A stretch of DNA of 64,000 nt from Pseudomonadota bacterium (GCA_002747435.1 PDPH01000052.1:4416-68415), one strand, 5' to 3'; positions 17,556 to 28,648 are shown, counted from the first letter of the stretch. Made by a program: numbers and translations. The notes: generated by a model not told the origin, from the sequence alone.

Positions 17556-18380
17556 ATGGAGCAAGAAGCTAAACAGCTATTTTGGCGCGATAAAAAGTTG
17601 CCTTATATTGAGGCTAGATCAGCTTATAATAGTAAAGCCTGTTATGAAAAGCATACCCATCCCAGCTTATCAATTGGCATCGTAGAAGCTGGCCTTAGCC
17701 AATACCAATATCAAAGAATGAATAAAACGATAGGTTCTGGTTCTATTGTTATTATTGATCCCGAGGAAATCCATGCCTGCAACCCCAAATCACATGAACC
17801 TTGGGCTTATAAAATGCTCAATATAGACCCCATTTGGCTGGCTAATTTAAAAGGTGAGATAAATCGCGGCATTGTAAAATACGGTTATTTTAATCAAGCC
17901 TATTTAGAGGATCCAGTAGTCTATGAAAGCATACGCTCTCTTTATGTTTTACTACTAAGCTCTACTGAACTTTTAGAAAAAGAAACGCAAATTATTCGAT
18001 TCTTTTCTGTGCTATTCAGTCGCTATGGCGACATACCGTTTCAAAGTCTAAAGGCCAAAGATAATCAGAAATTAAAGCTTGCCCGTCATTATATTGCCGA
18101 TAATTGCACTTCCAAGCTGAGTATTGATCAAATTTCTGCGGCCAGCAATTTAAGCAATTATTATTTAATCCGTGCTTTCAAACAAGCCTACGGCTTGACA
18201 CCTCATGCTTTTCAGATTGATCAAAGAATTAATTTATCCAAAAAAATGCTTAAATCGGGCATGAGCTTAGCAGAGGTAGCTTTCTCTGTTGGATTTTCAG
18301 ATCAGAGTCATTTTCACCGTTGCTTTAAAAAGCGCGTTGCTGCAACACCAAGGCAATACCAAAATAGTTTCATTACATAG
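17556..18380 (+). CDS. AraC-family transcriptional regulator
   Basis: N-terminal cupin-like domain plus a C-terminal double HTH (LSIDQISAASNLSNYYLIRAFKQAYGLTPHAF...GFSDQSHFHRCFKK). Confidence 0.88.
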   Translation: MEQEAKQLFWRDKKLPYIEARSAYNSKACYEKHTHPSLSIGIVEAGLSQYQYQRMNKTIGSGSIVIIDPEEIHACNPKSHEPWAYKMLNIDPIWLANLKGEINRGIVKYGYFNQAYLEDPVVYESIRSLYVLLLSSTELLEKETQIIRFFSVLFSRYGDIPFQSLKAKDNQKLKLARHYIADNCTSKLSIDQISAASNLSNYYLIRAFKQAYGLTPHAFQIDQRINLSKKMLKSGMSLAEVAFSVGFSDQSHFHRCFKKRVAATPRQYQNSFIT

Positions 18381-18388
18381 CATTGTAA

Positions 18389-19012
18389 TTAACTGCCTAA
18401 TGCCAATTTAAATCCAAGCCCAATCAGCAGAATACCGCTGACTTTTTCAACTTTACTTATAAAATTTGCAAAAAATAACTTGACATTTTCTGAACTAATA
18501 AGCCGTACTAATAATAAATCCCAACACAAGACAACCAGAAACATCCAAACTCCATAAAAAGTTTGAGTTATTATAGCGGTACTTTCATCAATCAGTACTG
18601 TAAATAAACTCAAATAAAAAATTGATATTTTTGGATTGAGCAAACTGACTATAAAACCATTGAGCAATGCCCGAGCAAAACTGCTCTTTACAACAAGAGA
18701 AGACTGTTCTTGTTGGAAAATATCATTAGTCGCCTTAGAAAAAAGCAATTTATATCCAAGAAAAAGTAAATAAGCAGCACCTAAATACTTAATCACTTCA
18801 TACAGCCCAGCTATCTTAGCGATAAACTGGAGACTGACCAAACACAGTGTTATATAGAAAGCATTAGCAAGGGAAATGCCGATACAGACACCGCTAGCAA
18901 TAGAAAACCTGAATAACAAGCTGGTTCTAAGGATTAAAATAAAGTCAGGTCCAGGGCTGAGTAAGGCAAGAAAATGAGCAGTGGCCACCATTATGAATTC
19001 ATTCGGCATCAT
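18389..19012 (-). CDS. LysE/RhtB-family amino-acid exporter
   Basis: LSPGPDF N-terminal motif and six hydrophobic segments. The start is placed at ATG 19012 (the track lists GTG 19039). It lies convergent (tail-to-tail, 8 bp apart) with the AraC regulator gene. Confidence 0.82.
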   Translation of the reverse strand: MMPNEFIMVATAHFLALLSPGPDFILILRTSLLFRFSIASGVCIGISLANAFYITLCLVSLQFIAKIAGLYEVIKYLGAAYLLFLGYKLLFSKATNDIFQQEQSSLVVKSSFARALLNGFIVSLLNPKISIFYLSLFTVLIDESTAIITQTFYGVWMFLVVLCWDLLLVRLISSENVKLFFANFISKVEKVSGILLIGLGFKLALGS

Positions 19013-19102
19013 ACTAGTCCTCAAAAGACTTCCTATCACTAAGTATTACTTAGAGGAAATATCCTTCAAGGCGAAAAAATAATATTGGACGAAATTGCCT
19101 AT

Positions 19103-19693
19103 TTACTGCTTCTGCCAGCACAAAATCCGATTATTTACAGGCATGGCGTAATCTTCTTGGAGCATCATTCCGGCTTGTTGTGCTAGCTGGTTCAAATCCT
19201 CAAAATTGCGCACTCCACTGGCAGGATTACGCTTTTTCAGCCACAGGTCGAAACGGGCATTGCTTTCACTGGTGAAACGTCCGTCATAATTAAACGGTCC
19301 ATAGACCACAAACAAGCCACCAGCCTTTAATAATTTACCAACTCCAGCAAAGCAAGCTTCCACCGCAGCCCAACTCATAATATGCAAGCTATTAGCACTA
19401 AATACAGCATCCACTACCAATTCAGGCCAAGGATCTTGCAATACATCCAGTGTCAATGGGGCTAAAACATTAGTCAACTGAGCATCAGCAATCCAAGCTT
19501 GGATACTAGGATGTGACTCGGGTAAATCGCTGCTTTGCCAAAGCAAATGCGGCAGATGAGCTGCAAAATAAACTGCATGCTGCCCAGTCCCACTACCGAT
19601 TTCCAGTACCTTGTGACAGGATTGCAATAAAGGCTCGATCACCTGCAAGATAACCTCCCTGTTCTGATCACAAGAAAGGGAGTGCTGTTTCAT
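19103..19693 (-). CDS. DUF938-type class I SAM-dependent methyltransferase
   Basis: VLEIGSGTGQH SAM-binding motif. ATG at 19693 overlaps the rnt stop (ATGA), so the longer track ORF start at 19759 is rejected. Confidence 0.8.
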   Translation of the reverse strand: MKQHSLSCDQNREVILQVIEPLLQSCHKVLEIGSGTGQHAVYFAAHLPHLLWQSSDLPESHPSIQAWIADAQLTNVLAPLTLDVLQDPWPELVVDAVFSANSLHIMSWAAVEACFAGVGKLLKAGGLFVVYGPFNYDGRFTSESNARFDLWLKKRNPASGVRNFEDLNQLAQQAGMMLQEDYAMPVNNRILCWQKQ

Positions 19694-20358
19694 AACTGTA
19701 CGCCGTCCTCGTCTGCTTTGGTTTTGACCGTATGGAATGCAGCATCCAAGGTCTGCCAAGTGTTTACAATATGACAGAAAATATCAGCAGTTTTTTCTAC
19801 ATCATATAAAGCTGAATGCGCTTCTTCGATATTCCAACTCATGCCTGCCGCCTGTGCAACACGCGCTAATACCGTTTGCCCATAGACCACCGCCCCCAAA
19901 GTCACCGTATCTAGGGTACTGAAAGGATGGAAAGGATTACGTTTGCAGGCAATACGTTCCGCAGCAGCCAACAAGAAACCGAGATCAAAAGGTGCATTGT
20001 GCCCCACCAAAATCGCACGGTTACAACGGTTAAGTTTGACTTCCTTACGCACAATTTTGAAAAAATCATTTAGTGCCTTGTCTTCCTGCACGGCCAGACG
20101 TAAAGGGCTATAAGGCTTTATACCGTTGATTTCCAGTGACTTAGGATCAAGGTTAGCATTGGGAAAAGGTTCAATATGCCAGTTATAACTGCGGTAACAT
20201 GACAACTCGCCTTTTTCATCAATACGCAAGATCACTGCTGCCAGTTCTAGCAGCGCATCCTTCTTGGCATTGAAGCCACCTGTTTCTACATCTACTACTA
20301 CCGGTAGGAAACCCCTGAAGCGATTGGCCAGCGGGATAATTTCAATTTCATCACTCAT
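19690..20358 (-). CDS. rnt: Ribonuclease T
   Basis: DEDDh exonuclease motifs (VVVDVETGGF, ILVGHNAPFDLGFL, HSALYD) and an RNase T-like N-terminus MSDEIE..LANRFRGFLPV. ATG at 20358. Confidence 0.9.
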   Translation of the reverse strand: MSDEIEIIPLANRFRGFLPVVVDVETGGFNAKKDALLELAAVILRIDEKGELSCYRSYNWHIEPFPNANLDPKSLEINGIKPYSPLRLAVQEDKALNDFFKIVRKEVKLNRCNRAILVGHNAPFDLGFLLAAAERIACKRNPFHPFSTLDTVTLGAVVYGQTVLARVAQAAGMSWNIEEAHSALYDVEKTADIFCHIVNTWQTLDAAFHTVKTKADEDGVQL

Positions 20359-20537
20359 AAGTTGAGAGCTTACCGGATGTGACAACAAATAGACAGAATC
20401 CTTTTTATTTTTATTTAAGCCAAATAATACTTTGATATTAAAACTTATTTTTTCTTTGTTGCACTGTACCTTTATTTTGCAAGCTACTAATGCTAAGTTA
20501 TTCGGCAAACTATCCACACAAAAAGAGGATAAGGATT

Positions 20538-23204
20538 GTGAGCAAAATCAACCAAACTATGCAAGACATTGATTCGCAGGAAACCCAAGAATGGGTAGAA
20601 TCACTGGATGCCGTCATTGAACAAGAAGGCATCAAACGTGCCCACTATCTACTGGAAAAACTCATAGATACGGCGCGTCTTAATGGTGCTAACCTACCCT
20701 ACTCTGCTAATACGGCTTATATAAACACCATACCGCCTCATCAGGAAAAATACACCCCCGGCAATCCAGCCATAGAAGTTCGTTTGCGTTCTTATATCCG
20801 TTGGAATGCAGCAGCAATGGTCGTACGAGCCAACCGACAAAGCACGGAACTCGGCGGCCACATTGCCACCTTTGCCTCAGCAGCCACCTTGTATGACGTG
20901 GGTATGAATCATTTCTGGCATGCGCCTTCCCCTCAAAATGGGGGCGACCTGATTTATGTACAAGGCCATGCCGCGCCAGGTATGTATGCCCGCTCTTATT
21001 TGGAAGGTCGCCTGAGTGAAGCCGATCTAGATCATTTCAGACAAGAAGTGGGCGGCGAAGGTCTAGCCTCTTATCCACACCCTTGGCTAATGCCACACTA
21101 CTGGCAGTTTCCAACAGTTTCTATGGGTCTGGGGCCGCTAATGTCTATTTATCAGGCGCGCTTTATGAAGTACCTGCAAGACCGCAAGTTAGCAGATACT
21201 GCCAATCGTCGTGTTTGGGCCTTTGTGGGGGATGGTGAGGTTGATGAACCAGAAACATTGGGTGCCATTTCACTGGCTGGGCGGGAGGCACTAGATAACC
21301 TTATCTGGGTAGTCAACTGTAACTTACAGCGCTTGGATGGTCCGGTACGTGGTAACGGTAAGATTATTCAGGAACTGGAAGCTGTATTCCGAGGCGCTGG
21401 CTGGAATGTTATCAAAGTCATTTGGGGCTCTTATTGGGATTCCTTGCTCGCCAAAGATACCGAAGGCCGCCTGAAAGCTCGTATGCTCGAAGTCGTTGAT
21501 GGCGAGTACCAAAATTACAAAGCCAAAGATGGTGCTTATGTGCGCGAACACTTTTTTGGGGCTGATCCCAAACTGCGGGAAATGGTGGCACAAATGAGCG
21601 ATGCAGACATTTGGCGTCTCAATCGTGGTGGGCATGACCCGCATAAAGTCTATGCTGCTTATTACGCTGCGGTGCATCATGAACAGCAACCGACCGTCAT
21701 TCTGGCACATACTGTAAAAGGTTATGGCATGGGGTCTGCGGGCGAAGGCCAAAACCGCACCCATCAACAGAAAAAAATGTCAGGCGAAGAAATGATCGCC
21801 TTTAAAAATCGTTTTAGCATCCCTCTCAGCGATGAAGATGCCGCCGCCGCCAATTATTACCGCCCGGCAGAAGACAGCGAAGAGCTTAAATACTTACAAG
21901 CACGTCGACAAGCCTTAGGAGGGTATTTGCCACAGCGGCAGACACATGCAACGCCATTAAAAGTACCTGCATTGGCTATTTTCAAGACCTTACTGGAAAG
22001 TAGTGGGGAAAGGGAAATGTCCACCACGATGGCTTTTGTCCGCATACTCACCATCCTGACACGTGACAAAGGCATTGGTAAACATATCGTACCGATTGTG
22101 CCTGACGAAGCACGCACCTTTGGCATGGAAGGCATGTTCCGTCAACTGGGTATTCACTCCTCGGTAGGGCAACTTTACGAACCGCAAGACCGAGATCAGG
22201 TCATGTTCTACAAGGAAGATAAATCTGGACAAATTTTAGAAGAAGGTATTAATGAAGCAGGTGCCATGTCCAGTTGGATTGCGGCGGCAACCTCGTACAG
22301 CAATCATGGCGTTAGTATGGTGCCTTTTTATATTTTTTACTCCATGTTTGGTTTCCAACGTATTGGGGATCTGGCTTGGGCTGCGGGGGATGTTCGTTCA
22401 CGCGGCTTTTTGATTGGCGGTACAGCAGGGCGCACAACTCTAGCTGGTGAAGGCTTACAGCACCAAGATGGTCAGAGCATGGTACAAGCTAGCCTAATCC
22501 CCAACTGTGTGTCATACGATCCCACTTTTGCTTATGAAATGGCGGTGATTATTCAACATGGCATGAAACGCATGTATGAAAATCAGGAAGATGTTTATTA
22601 CTACATCACTGCCATGAATGAAAACTATCATCACCCCGCCATGCCTAAGAATGCCGAGGAAGGCATTATCAAAGGTATGTATTTATTAGATGGTGGTGGC
22701 AAAAAGCGCAAAAAAGTGCAGTTACTAGGCTCGGGTAGCATACTGCGTGAAGTCATTGCTGCGGCGGCCATGCTGGACAAGGAATGGGGTGTAGATGCGG
22801 ATATTTGGAGTGTGACCAGTTTTAATGAATTGGCACGAGAAGCACGGGATGTAGAACGCTGGAATATGCTCCATCCACTGGAAGATACCCGTACACCCTA
22901 TGTTACACAATGCCTGAAAGATCGCCGTGGTCCAGCGATTGCCGCTACCGATTATATACACACTTACGCTGAGCAAATCCACGCTTGGATTCCAATGAAT
23001 TATCGCGTACTGGGTACAGATGGCTTTGGGCGCAGTGATACCCGCGCCCAGCTACGCAAATTCTTCGAGGTCGATCGTTATTACATAGTAATTGCCGCCC
23101 TGAAAGCCTTAGTGGATGATGGCTCTTTACCTGCTGCCAAAGTGGCAGAAGCCATGGAAAAATACGCTATTGATCCCAATAAACCCAACCCGGCCTACGT
23201 CTAA
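20538..23204 (+). CDS. aceE: Pyruvate dehydrogenase E1 component (homodimeric type)
   Basis: About 890 aa with ETQEWVESLDAVI, GGHIATFASAA and a GDGE ThDP motif. GTG 20538 has a GAGGA SD; ATG 20559 is an alternative. Confidence 0.95.
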   Translation: MSKINQTMQDIDSQETQEWVESLDAVIEQEGIKRAHYLLEKLIDTARLNGANLPYSANTAYINTIPPHQEKYTPGNPAIEVRLRSYIRWNAAAMVVRANRQSTELGGHIATFASAATLYDVGMNHFWHAPSPQNGGDLIYVQGHAAPGMYARSYLEGRLSEADLDHFRQEVGGEGLASYPHPWLMPHYWQFPTVSMGLGPLMSIYQARFMKYLQDRKLADTANRRVWAFVGDGEVDEPETLGAISLAGREALDNLIWVVNCNLQRLDGPVRGNGKIIQELEAVFRGAGWNVIKVIWGSYWDSLLAKDTEGRLKARMLEVVDGEYQNYKAKDGAYVREHFFGADPKLREMVAQMSDADIWRLNRGGHDPHKVYAAYYAAVHHEQQPTVILAHTVKGYGMGSAGEGQNRTHQQKKMSGEEMIAFKNRFSIPLSDEDAAAANYYRPAEDSEELKYLQARRQALGGYLPQRQTHATPLKVPALAIFKTLLESSGEREMSTTMAFVRILTILTRDKGIGKHIVPIVPDEARTFGMEGMFRQLGIHSSVGQLYEPQDRDQVMFYKEDKSGQILEEGINEAGAMSSWIAAATSYSNHGVSMVPFYIFYSMFGFQRIGDLAWAAGDVRSRGFLIGGTAGRTTLAGEGLQHQDGQSMVQASLIPNCVSYDPTFAYEMAVIIQHGMKRMYENQEDVYYYITAMNENYHHPAMPKNAEEGIIKGMYLLDGGGKKRKKVQLLGSGSILREVIAAAAMLDKEWGVDADIWSVTSFNELAREARDVERWNMLHPLEDTRTPYVTQCLKDRRGPAIAATDYIHTYAEQIHAWIPMNYRVLGTDGFGRSDTRAQLRKFFEVDRYYIVIAALKALVDDGSLPAAKVAEAMEKYAIDPNKPNPAYV

Positions 23205-23218
23205 GGAGGAGCTGAATC

Positions 23219-24532
23219 ATGAGCCTGCAAACGATTCGTGTTCCCGACATTGGCGACTTCAAAGATGTGGAAATTATTGAAGTGCTCGTCAATCCGGGCG
23301 ATACAATAAAAGTGGAAGACTCCCTGATTACGGTGGAGTCTGATAAAGCCTCTATGGAAATCCCCTCACCTGTCAGTGGTACTATCAAAACCATGCAGGT
23401 TAAAGTGGGTGACCGCGTATCAGAAGGCAGTATGTTATTAACAATCGATGTGAGTGAGGAATTAGCTTCGCCATCCCCAACACCCACACCTGCACCGAAA
23501 GAAAATCAACAAGCCGCAGACACTCGCGCTGACCTCACAACTGCCAGACAGTCAGAGCAACAGCCTAGTAATGCGCTCGTATCTGACCCAAGCGCGACAC
23601 CGGCGCACGATGCTTTTAAAAAAGCCTATGCCACCCCATCGATACGTAAGTTTGCCCGTGAGCTAGGGGTTGATTTAAGTAAAGTGACAGGCACAGGCCG
23701 CAAAGGACGCATTACCCAAGAGGATGTAAAAGCTTACGTCAAGGACATGCTGAACTTTAGCCATACGCATCCCAGCGGCATTAGTAGTGGCGCAGGCATT
23801 CCACCCATGCCTGACATTGATTTCAGTCAGTGGGGGGATATTGAAACGCTTCCGCTTAGCCGCATTAATAAACTGACAGGTGAGTTTCTGCATCGCAATT
23901 GGCTAAATATCCCTCACGTTACGCAATTTGACCAAGCTGATATTAGCGACCTAGAAGCTTTCCGCAAGCAACTGAATAAGGAACAGGCGAAAAACAAAGG
24001 TGCCAAGGTCACTCCATTAGTTTTTATTATGAAAGCGGTCGTCGCTGGATTGAAGGCTTATCCGCGTTTCAATAGCTCACTTGCTCCCGATGGCGCAACA
24101 CTGATCCAGAAAAAGTATTACCACATTGGGATTGCCGTTGATACAGCTGATGGCTTGCTTGTACCTGTTATTCGGCATGTGGATAAGAAATCGCTGTTGG
24201 AGCTATCGGAGGAGTTACTCGAAGTGTCTGCTAAAGCGCGGGGTAAAAAACTAAAACCTGCTGAGCTACAAGGTGGCTGTTTCTCCATTTCCAGCTTAGG
24301 TGGTGTGGGTGGCACTCAGTTCACCCCTATTATAAATGCGCCTGAGGTCGCTATTCTGGGTGTGTCTCGTGCGGAAATGCAGCCGGTGTGGAATGGTAAG
24401 AAATTTAAGCCACGTCTCATGCTGCCGCTATCTTTATCCTACGATCATCGTGTCATTGACGGCGCGGAGGGTGCACGCTTTACGGCTTACTTATCCAAAC
24501 TGCTGGGTGACATACGGAGGTTACTGATATGA
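23219..24532 (+). CDS. aceF: Dihydrolipoamide acetyltransferase (PDH E2), single lipoyl domain
   Basis: Lipoyl domain ([12 protein letters not shown]), an Ala/Pro linker, a peripheral subunit-binding domain ([16 protein letters not shown]) and a catalytic DHRVIDG motif. Confidence 0.95.
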   Translation: MSLQTIRVPDIGDFKDVEIIEVLVNPGDTIKVEDSLITVESDKASMEIPSPVSGTIKTMQVKVGDRVSEGSMLLTIDVSEELASPSPTPTPAPKENQQAADTRADLTTARQSEQQPSNALVSDPSATPAHDAFKKAYATPSIRKFARELGVDLSKVTGTGRKGRITQEDVKAYVKDMLNFSHTHPSGISSGAGIPPMPDIDFSQWGDIETLPLSRINKLTGEFLHRNWLNIPHVTQFDQADISDLEAFRKQLNKEQAKNKGAKVTPLVFIMKAVVAGLKAYPRFNSSLAPDGATLIQKKYYHIGIAVDTADGLLVPVIRHVDKKSLLELSEELLEVSAKARGKKLKPAELQGGCFSISSLGGVGGTQFTPIINAPEVAILGVSRAEMQPVWNGKKFKPRLMLPLSLSYDHRVIDGAEGARFTAYLSKLLGDIRRLLI

Positions 24533-26256
24533 GCAAAGTCCTTGAAGTACGAGTACCGGATATTGGCGACTTTCATGATGTTGAAATCATAGAAGTACTG
24601 GTCGATCGCGGCGATCCGGTACAGGCTGAGGAATCGCTGATTACCATAGAATCGGACAAAGCCTCCATGGAAATACCCTGCCCGTACAATGGCACTGTAC
24701 AAACCATGAAAGTCAAAGTGGGCGACAAGGTATCACAAGGCTCAGTCATTATGACCCTAGAGCTGCTAGAAGGCGAAACAGAGCCATCCCCAGCACAAAC
24801 ACCTTCAAGGCTTAGCGAAGACGCTAAGACCTTTGATGGTCAAGCCGATCTTAAAACCGAAGTGGTCGTGCTCGGCTCTGGACCTGGTGGTTATACCGCT
24901 GCATTTCGGGCGGCTGACTTGGGTAAAAAGGTGGTATTGATTGAGCGTTATGATGTCATTGGCGGTGTCTGTCTCAATGTAGGCTGTATTCCCTCCAAAG
25001 CCTTATTACATACGGCTGAAATCATTAACGAAGCCAAGGTTAGCGCCAAACACGGCGTTAAATTTGGTGAACCTGTGATTGACTTGGATGAATGGCGTGC
25101 CTACAAAAACAGCGTGATTGCCAAACTTACTCATGGCCTGAAAGCGCTGGCTAAACAGCGTAAGGTAAACATCGTGCAAGGTTATGGTCGCTTTGCTTCA
25201 GATCACAGCATGGTTGTCGAGACGGTGGAAGGTAGCCAGCAGGTCATTCAATTTGAACACGCCATTATTGCTGCTGGTTCTCAAGTGAGCAAACCGGATT
25301 TTATTCCTTGGGATGATCCAAGAATCATGGATTCCACGGATGCGCTGGAATTACCAGCAGTACCCGAACGTCTATTGATTATAGGGGCTGGCATTATTGG
25401 CTTGGAAATGGCGACGGTGTATCACGCAATGGGGGCAAAAATCAGTCTGGTTGAGCTCTCCCCTGGCATTATGCCTGGAGCAGACCGCGATCTAGTACGC
25501 CCCCTAGAAAAAATGATTACAGAGCGTTATGAGCATATTTATACCAGTACCCGAGTCACTCGTATAGAGCCAACACCCTCAGCTTTAGTCTGTTACTTTG
25601 AAGGCCAAGATGCACCCGAAAAAGCTCATTTTGATCGTGTACTAGTCGCTATTGGCCGCAGTCCCAACGGTCATAATATTGATGCAGGTAAAGCAGGCGT
25701 ATTTGTAGGTGCACGGGGCTTTATTCCAGTGGATGAACAGATGCGTACCAATGTGCCGCATATTTTTGCCATTGGTGATATTGTCGGTCAGCCTATGCTT
25801 GCTCATAAAGCCACCCATGAAGGTAAAGTAGCGGCTGAAGTGATTGCAGGTCATAAAGCCTATTTTGATGCGCGCACGATTCCCTCAGTAGCCTATACTG
25901 ACCCGGAAGTCGCTTGGGCAGGCAAGACCGAGGAACAGTGCAAAGCAGAAAAGATTGCTTATGAAAAAGGTGTTTTCCCTTGGGCGGCGAGTGGACGCGC
26001 CTTATCGCTCAGTCGCTCAGAAGGTATGACTAAATTATTGTTCGACAAAGCATCTGGACAATTGATTGGTGCGGGGATTGTTGGAGTCAAAGCCGGAGAG
26101 TTAATCGCCGAAACGGTACTTGGTATCGAAATGGGTGCTGATGCAGCAGACCTGGGTCTAACGATTCACCCACACCCTACTTTATCAGAAACCATCAATT
26201 TTGCGGCTGAAGTGGCAGAAGGCGTGGCAACAGATATTTACGCCCCCAAAAAGTAA
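24529..26256 (+). CDS. lpdA: Dihydrolipoyl dehydrogenase (E3) with a fused N-terminal lipoyl domain
   Basis: N-terminal lipoyl domain ([12 protein letters not shown]), then FAD site GSGPGGY and redox-active [14 protein letters not shown] overlap with aceF. Confidence 0.95.
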   Translation: MSKVLEVRVPDIGDFHDVEIIEVLVDRGDPVQAEESLITIESDKASMEIPCPYNGTVQTMKVKVGDKVSQGSVIMTLELLEGETEPSPAQTPSRLSEDAKTFDGQADLKTEVVVLGSGPGGYTAAFRAADLGKKVVLIERYDVIGGVCLNVGCIPSKALLHTAEIINEAKVSAKHGVKFGEPVIDLDEWRAYKNSVIAKLTHGLKALAKQRKVNIVQGYGRFASDHSMVVETVEGSQQVIQFEHAIIAAGSQVSKPDFIPWDDPRIMDSTDALELPAVPERLLIIGAGIIGLEMATVYHAMGAKISLVELSPGIMPGADRDLVRPLEKMITERYEHIYTSTRVTRIEPTPSALVCYFEGQDAPEKAHFDRVLVAIGRSPNGHNIDAGKAGVFVGARGFIPVDEQMRTNVPHIFAIGDIVGQPMLAHKATHEGKVAAEVIAGHKAYFDARTIPSVAYTDPEVAWAGKTEEQCKAEKIAYEKGVFPWAASGRALSLSRSEGMTKLLFDKASGQLIGAGIVGVKAGELIAETVLGIEMGADAADLGLTIHPHPTLSETINFAAEVAEGVATDIYAPKK

Positions 26257-26529
26257 CACATTGAAAGATCCACCTTCTCATACCCTTGAGCAGGTGGATG
26301 ACTATCTAGGTGATGATACGCACTATATAGGGGCGTAAATCGTGTTTTGAGAGGATCAATCACAGTACAATTTTCTACAAAGGCTTCCGTATCAATAAGG
26401 GTTTTCATTGGGGAATATTAGAATTCTCGAATACGGTTATTGGAGCAACTACGTACCGATTGCACGACACTGAGCATTTCAGAAGACCTGTGTTTTTTGC
26501 ATCATTTGCTTCAAAATAACTCATTAAGC

Positions 26530-27369
26530 TTACTGATTCTCTTTACGTGATACAAACACCATGACCTTATCTAAACCACTCGTGGGTAAGACCCGCTTAA
26601 AAAATGCAAACAAATGACTAGGAAAGGTCACCCGATAACGTGCTTTAGGCTTATCCTTTTCAAGTGCCAGTATCACCTTGTCTAAAACAGCCTCGGGCGG
26701 CAAAGTAAAGGGGGCAACTGAACCTGCTTTTTCCAAGCGCCGAATAGCCCCTTGGTATTTATGCCGGTGCACACTATTTTCAATATCAATATGATCCTGC
26801 AAGGATTTCAAGGCATTGGCACGAAAACGACTAGTAATTGGCCCAGGCTCAATTAAGACGACTTCAATACCACTATGCCTAAGCTCCAAACGCAAAGTAT
26901 CTGCCATGCCTTCAATCGCGTGCTTACTAGCATTATAAGCCCCCCTAAACGGTAAGCTTACATAGCCCAAAAGCGAACTATTATAAATAATACGTCCATA
27001 GCCCTGCTTGCGCATCATGGGAAGCAGCAAATTAGTCAGCTGATGCCAGCCAAAAACATTCGTGGCAAACTGCTTTTCCAATACATCACGACTAATATCC
27101 TCCAGTGCACCTGCTTGTCCATACGCACCATTGTGAAACACAGCATATAACTCAGCGTTGGTACGCAGCATCAGTTCATTGGCGCAATCCTTTACGCTTT
27201 CTGGATCAGCCAAATCCAGTGGAATCACTCGTAAACCCTCTGCTTCTAGTCGTTGAATATCCTCAGGCTTACGAGCAGTAGCAAACACCGTATAAGCGTT
27301 CGCCTGTAAACCTTTGGCAACACAATAACCGATACCGCTGGAACAACCCGTTACCAAAATATTTCGCAT
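26530..27369 (-). CDS. SDR-family oxidoreductase
   Basis: TGCSSGIG cofactor motif, NNAG-like NGAY, and the catalytic YNASK. Confidence 0.88.
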   Translation of the reverse strand: MRNILVTGCSSGIGYCVAKGLQANAYTVFATARKPEDIQRLEAEGLRVIPLDLADPESVKDCANELMLRTNAELYAVFHNGAYGQAGALEDISRDVLEKQFATNVFGWHQLTNLLLPMMRKQGYGRIIYNSSLLGYVSLPFRGAYNASKHAIEGMADTLRLELRHSGIEVVLIEPGPITSRFRANALKSLQDHIDIENSVHRHKYQGAIRRLEKAGSVAPFTLPPEAVLDKVILALEKDKPKARYRVTFPSHLFAFFKRVLPTSGLDKVMVFVSRKENQ

Positions 27370-27492
27370 AAAAATTCTTCCATACTGTTGTTTTTTTACA
27401 GTCAGTCCGCTGGATTTGCTGGAATCTCATTGAACTTCCATAAGGCTAAGCCTATTATTGCACAACTTCAGAATATCAGGAGACACTGATTT

Positions 27493-27798
27493 ATGCCGAT
27501 TTATGCTTATCAATGCAAGGCGTGTGGCCACGAACTAGAGACCTTACAAAAAATTAGCGATGCACCACTGACTGACTGTCCGGCCTGCCAACAAAGCGCA
27601 CTCAGCAAAAAAGTCACAGCCGCCGCCTTCCGTTTAGGTGGTGGTGGTTGGTATGAAACAGACTTCAAAAGTGGCGACAAAAAAAATATAGCTTCTAAAG
27701 ACAGTGCATCCGACAGCAGTAACAGTACCGATAGCAAAACAGACACTAAACCCGCACCTGCCTGTGACACGGGTGCTTGCCCTGCTTGTAGCAGTTAA
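27493..27798 (+). CDS. FmdB-family zinc-ribbon protein
   Basis: MPIYAYQCKACGHELE...CPAC (CxxC-x-CxxC) with a Ser/Asp-rich tail. Confidence 0.85.
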   Translation: MPIYAYQCKACGHELETLQKISDAPLTDCPACQQSALSKKVTAAAFRLGGGGWYETDFKSGDKKNIASKDSASDSSNSTDSKTDTKPAPACDTGACPACSS

Positions 27799-27961
27799 TT
27801 GGTTTAAACTTTACCCAATCTGGAGCAGGTGTTGCATAAAAGATACGCATGCTCCACCCTTCCATCGGAAAACACCACTCATCCATTGCAAAAGCCCTGA
27901 GAGCATCCCACAATTCAATTACACATAAACCTTATAACAACAAAAACAAGGCTTACTCACC

Positions 27962-28648
27962 ATGAAACATAAACTCACTCTTTCTATTTTTGCCGCCATG
28001 ATGACGCTGACTACTGGCAATGCTTTAGCCGGTGGTGCTTCCTTGTTAGGCGGTAGCGGCGCCAGCAATATGGAGGAAGGCGCTATGTATGGCGGTGCCA
28101 GCCTAGGTCAAGCAAAAACTAACTGTATAATGGCAGATGGTTTTCAATATGAAGAAGACTGCAATACTTCCGGCTGGAAAGTCTTCGGTGGCTATAAAAT
28201 CACAGATATGATTGCCGTTGAGGGGGGGTATCATAACCTAGGAGAGTCAGAAGAAAACTTGACACGCTCCGGGCTTACTGTGAAACAGGGTGATGGTAAG
28301 GAAACACCTGTTGACAGCAAAATTGCTAAGGGTAAAGCAACTGGCCTATCATTATCCGGCGTATTGACTATGCCCGTTATGGATAATCTGGAGGTCATGG
28401 GCAAAGCAGGTGTCATGAAATGGTCTTCTGAAGCCGATACTTATGCCATGAAAAATGGTGTCACCGCCGTTGGACCTAGTAAAGAAGTCGACGGAACCAG
28501 CTTCCTATGGGGCGTAGGCGCTTCCTATAAAATTACGGATAATTGGGGTGTGCGGGGTGAATACGAAGGCTTCACTCGTGAAGACATTCACGGCAAAGAA
28601 CACGATGTACGCATCCTGTCTGCCGGTGCGGTCTACTCTACCCTGTAA
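27962..28648 (+). CDS. Small outer-membrane beta-barrel protein (OmpA-like TM / OMP_b-brl type)
   Basis: Signal peptide (MKHKLTLSIFAAMMTLTTGNALA), alternating amphipathic beta-strands with WKVFGGYKI and GVGASYKI motifs, and C-terminus AVYSTL. Confidence 0.75.
   Translation: MKHKLTLSIFAAMMTLTTGNALAGGASLLGGSGASNMEEGAMYGGASLGQAKTNCIMADGFQYEEDCNTSGWKVFGGYKITDMIAVEGGYHNLGESEENLTRSGLTVKQGDGKETPVDSKIAKGKATGLSLSGVLTMPVMDNLEVMGKAGVMKWSSEADTYAMKNGVTAVGPSKEVDGTSFLWGVGASYKITDNWGVRGEYEGFTREDIHGKEHDVRILSAGAVYSTL

Noticed and set aside
19694-20517. Long upstream extensions of the DUF938 (to 19759) and rnt (to 20517) ORFs
   Set aside because: The internal ATGs at 19693 (ATGA-coupled to the rnt stop) and 20358 (the RNase T-like N-terminus MSDEIE) give family-typical N-termini. 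The extensions are not protein-like.
21324-22232. Antisense ORFs within aceE (21324-21767, 21857-22135, 21990-22232)
   Set aside because: These are shadow ORFs opposite a highly conserved E1 gene.
26268-26299. Hairpin atccacct/aggtggat after lpdA as a terminator
   Set aside because: The 8-bp stem has a 16-nt loop and no following T-tract, so it is not a convincing intrinsic terminator.
26238-26408. 56-aa minus-strand ORF (MKTLIDTEAFVENCTVIDPLKTRF...) overlapping the lpdA 3' end
   Set aside because: It has no SD, overlaps the lpdA stop region, falls below the track threshold and matches no recognisable family. It is probably spurious, although the 270-bp gap it lies in is otherwise empty.
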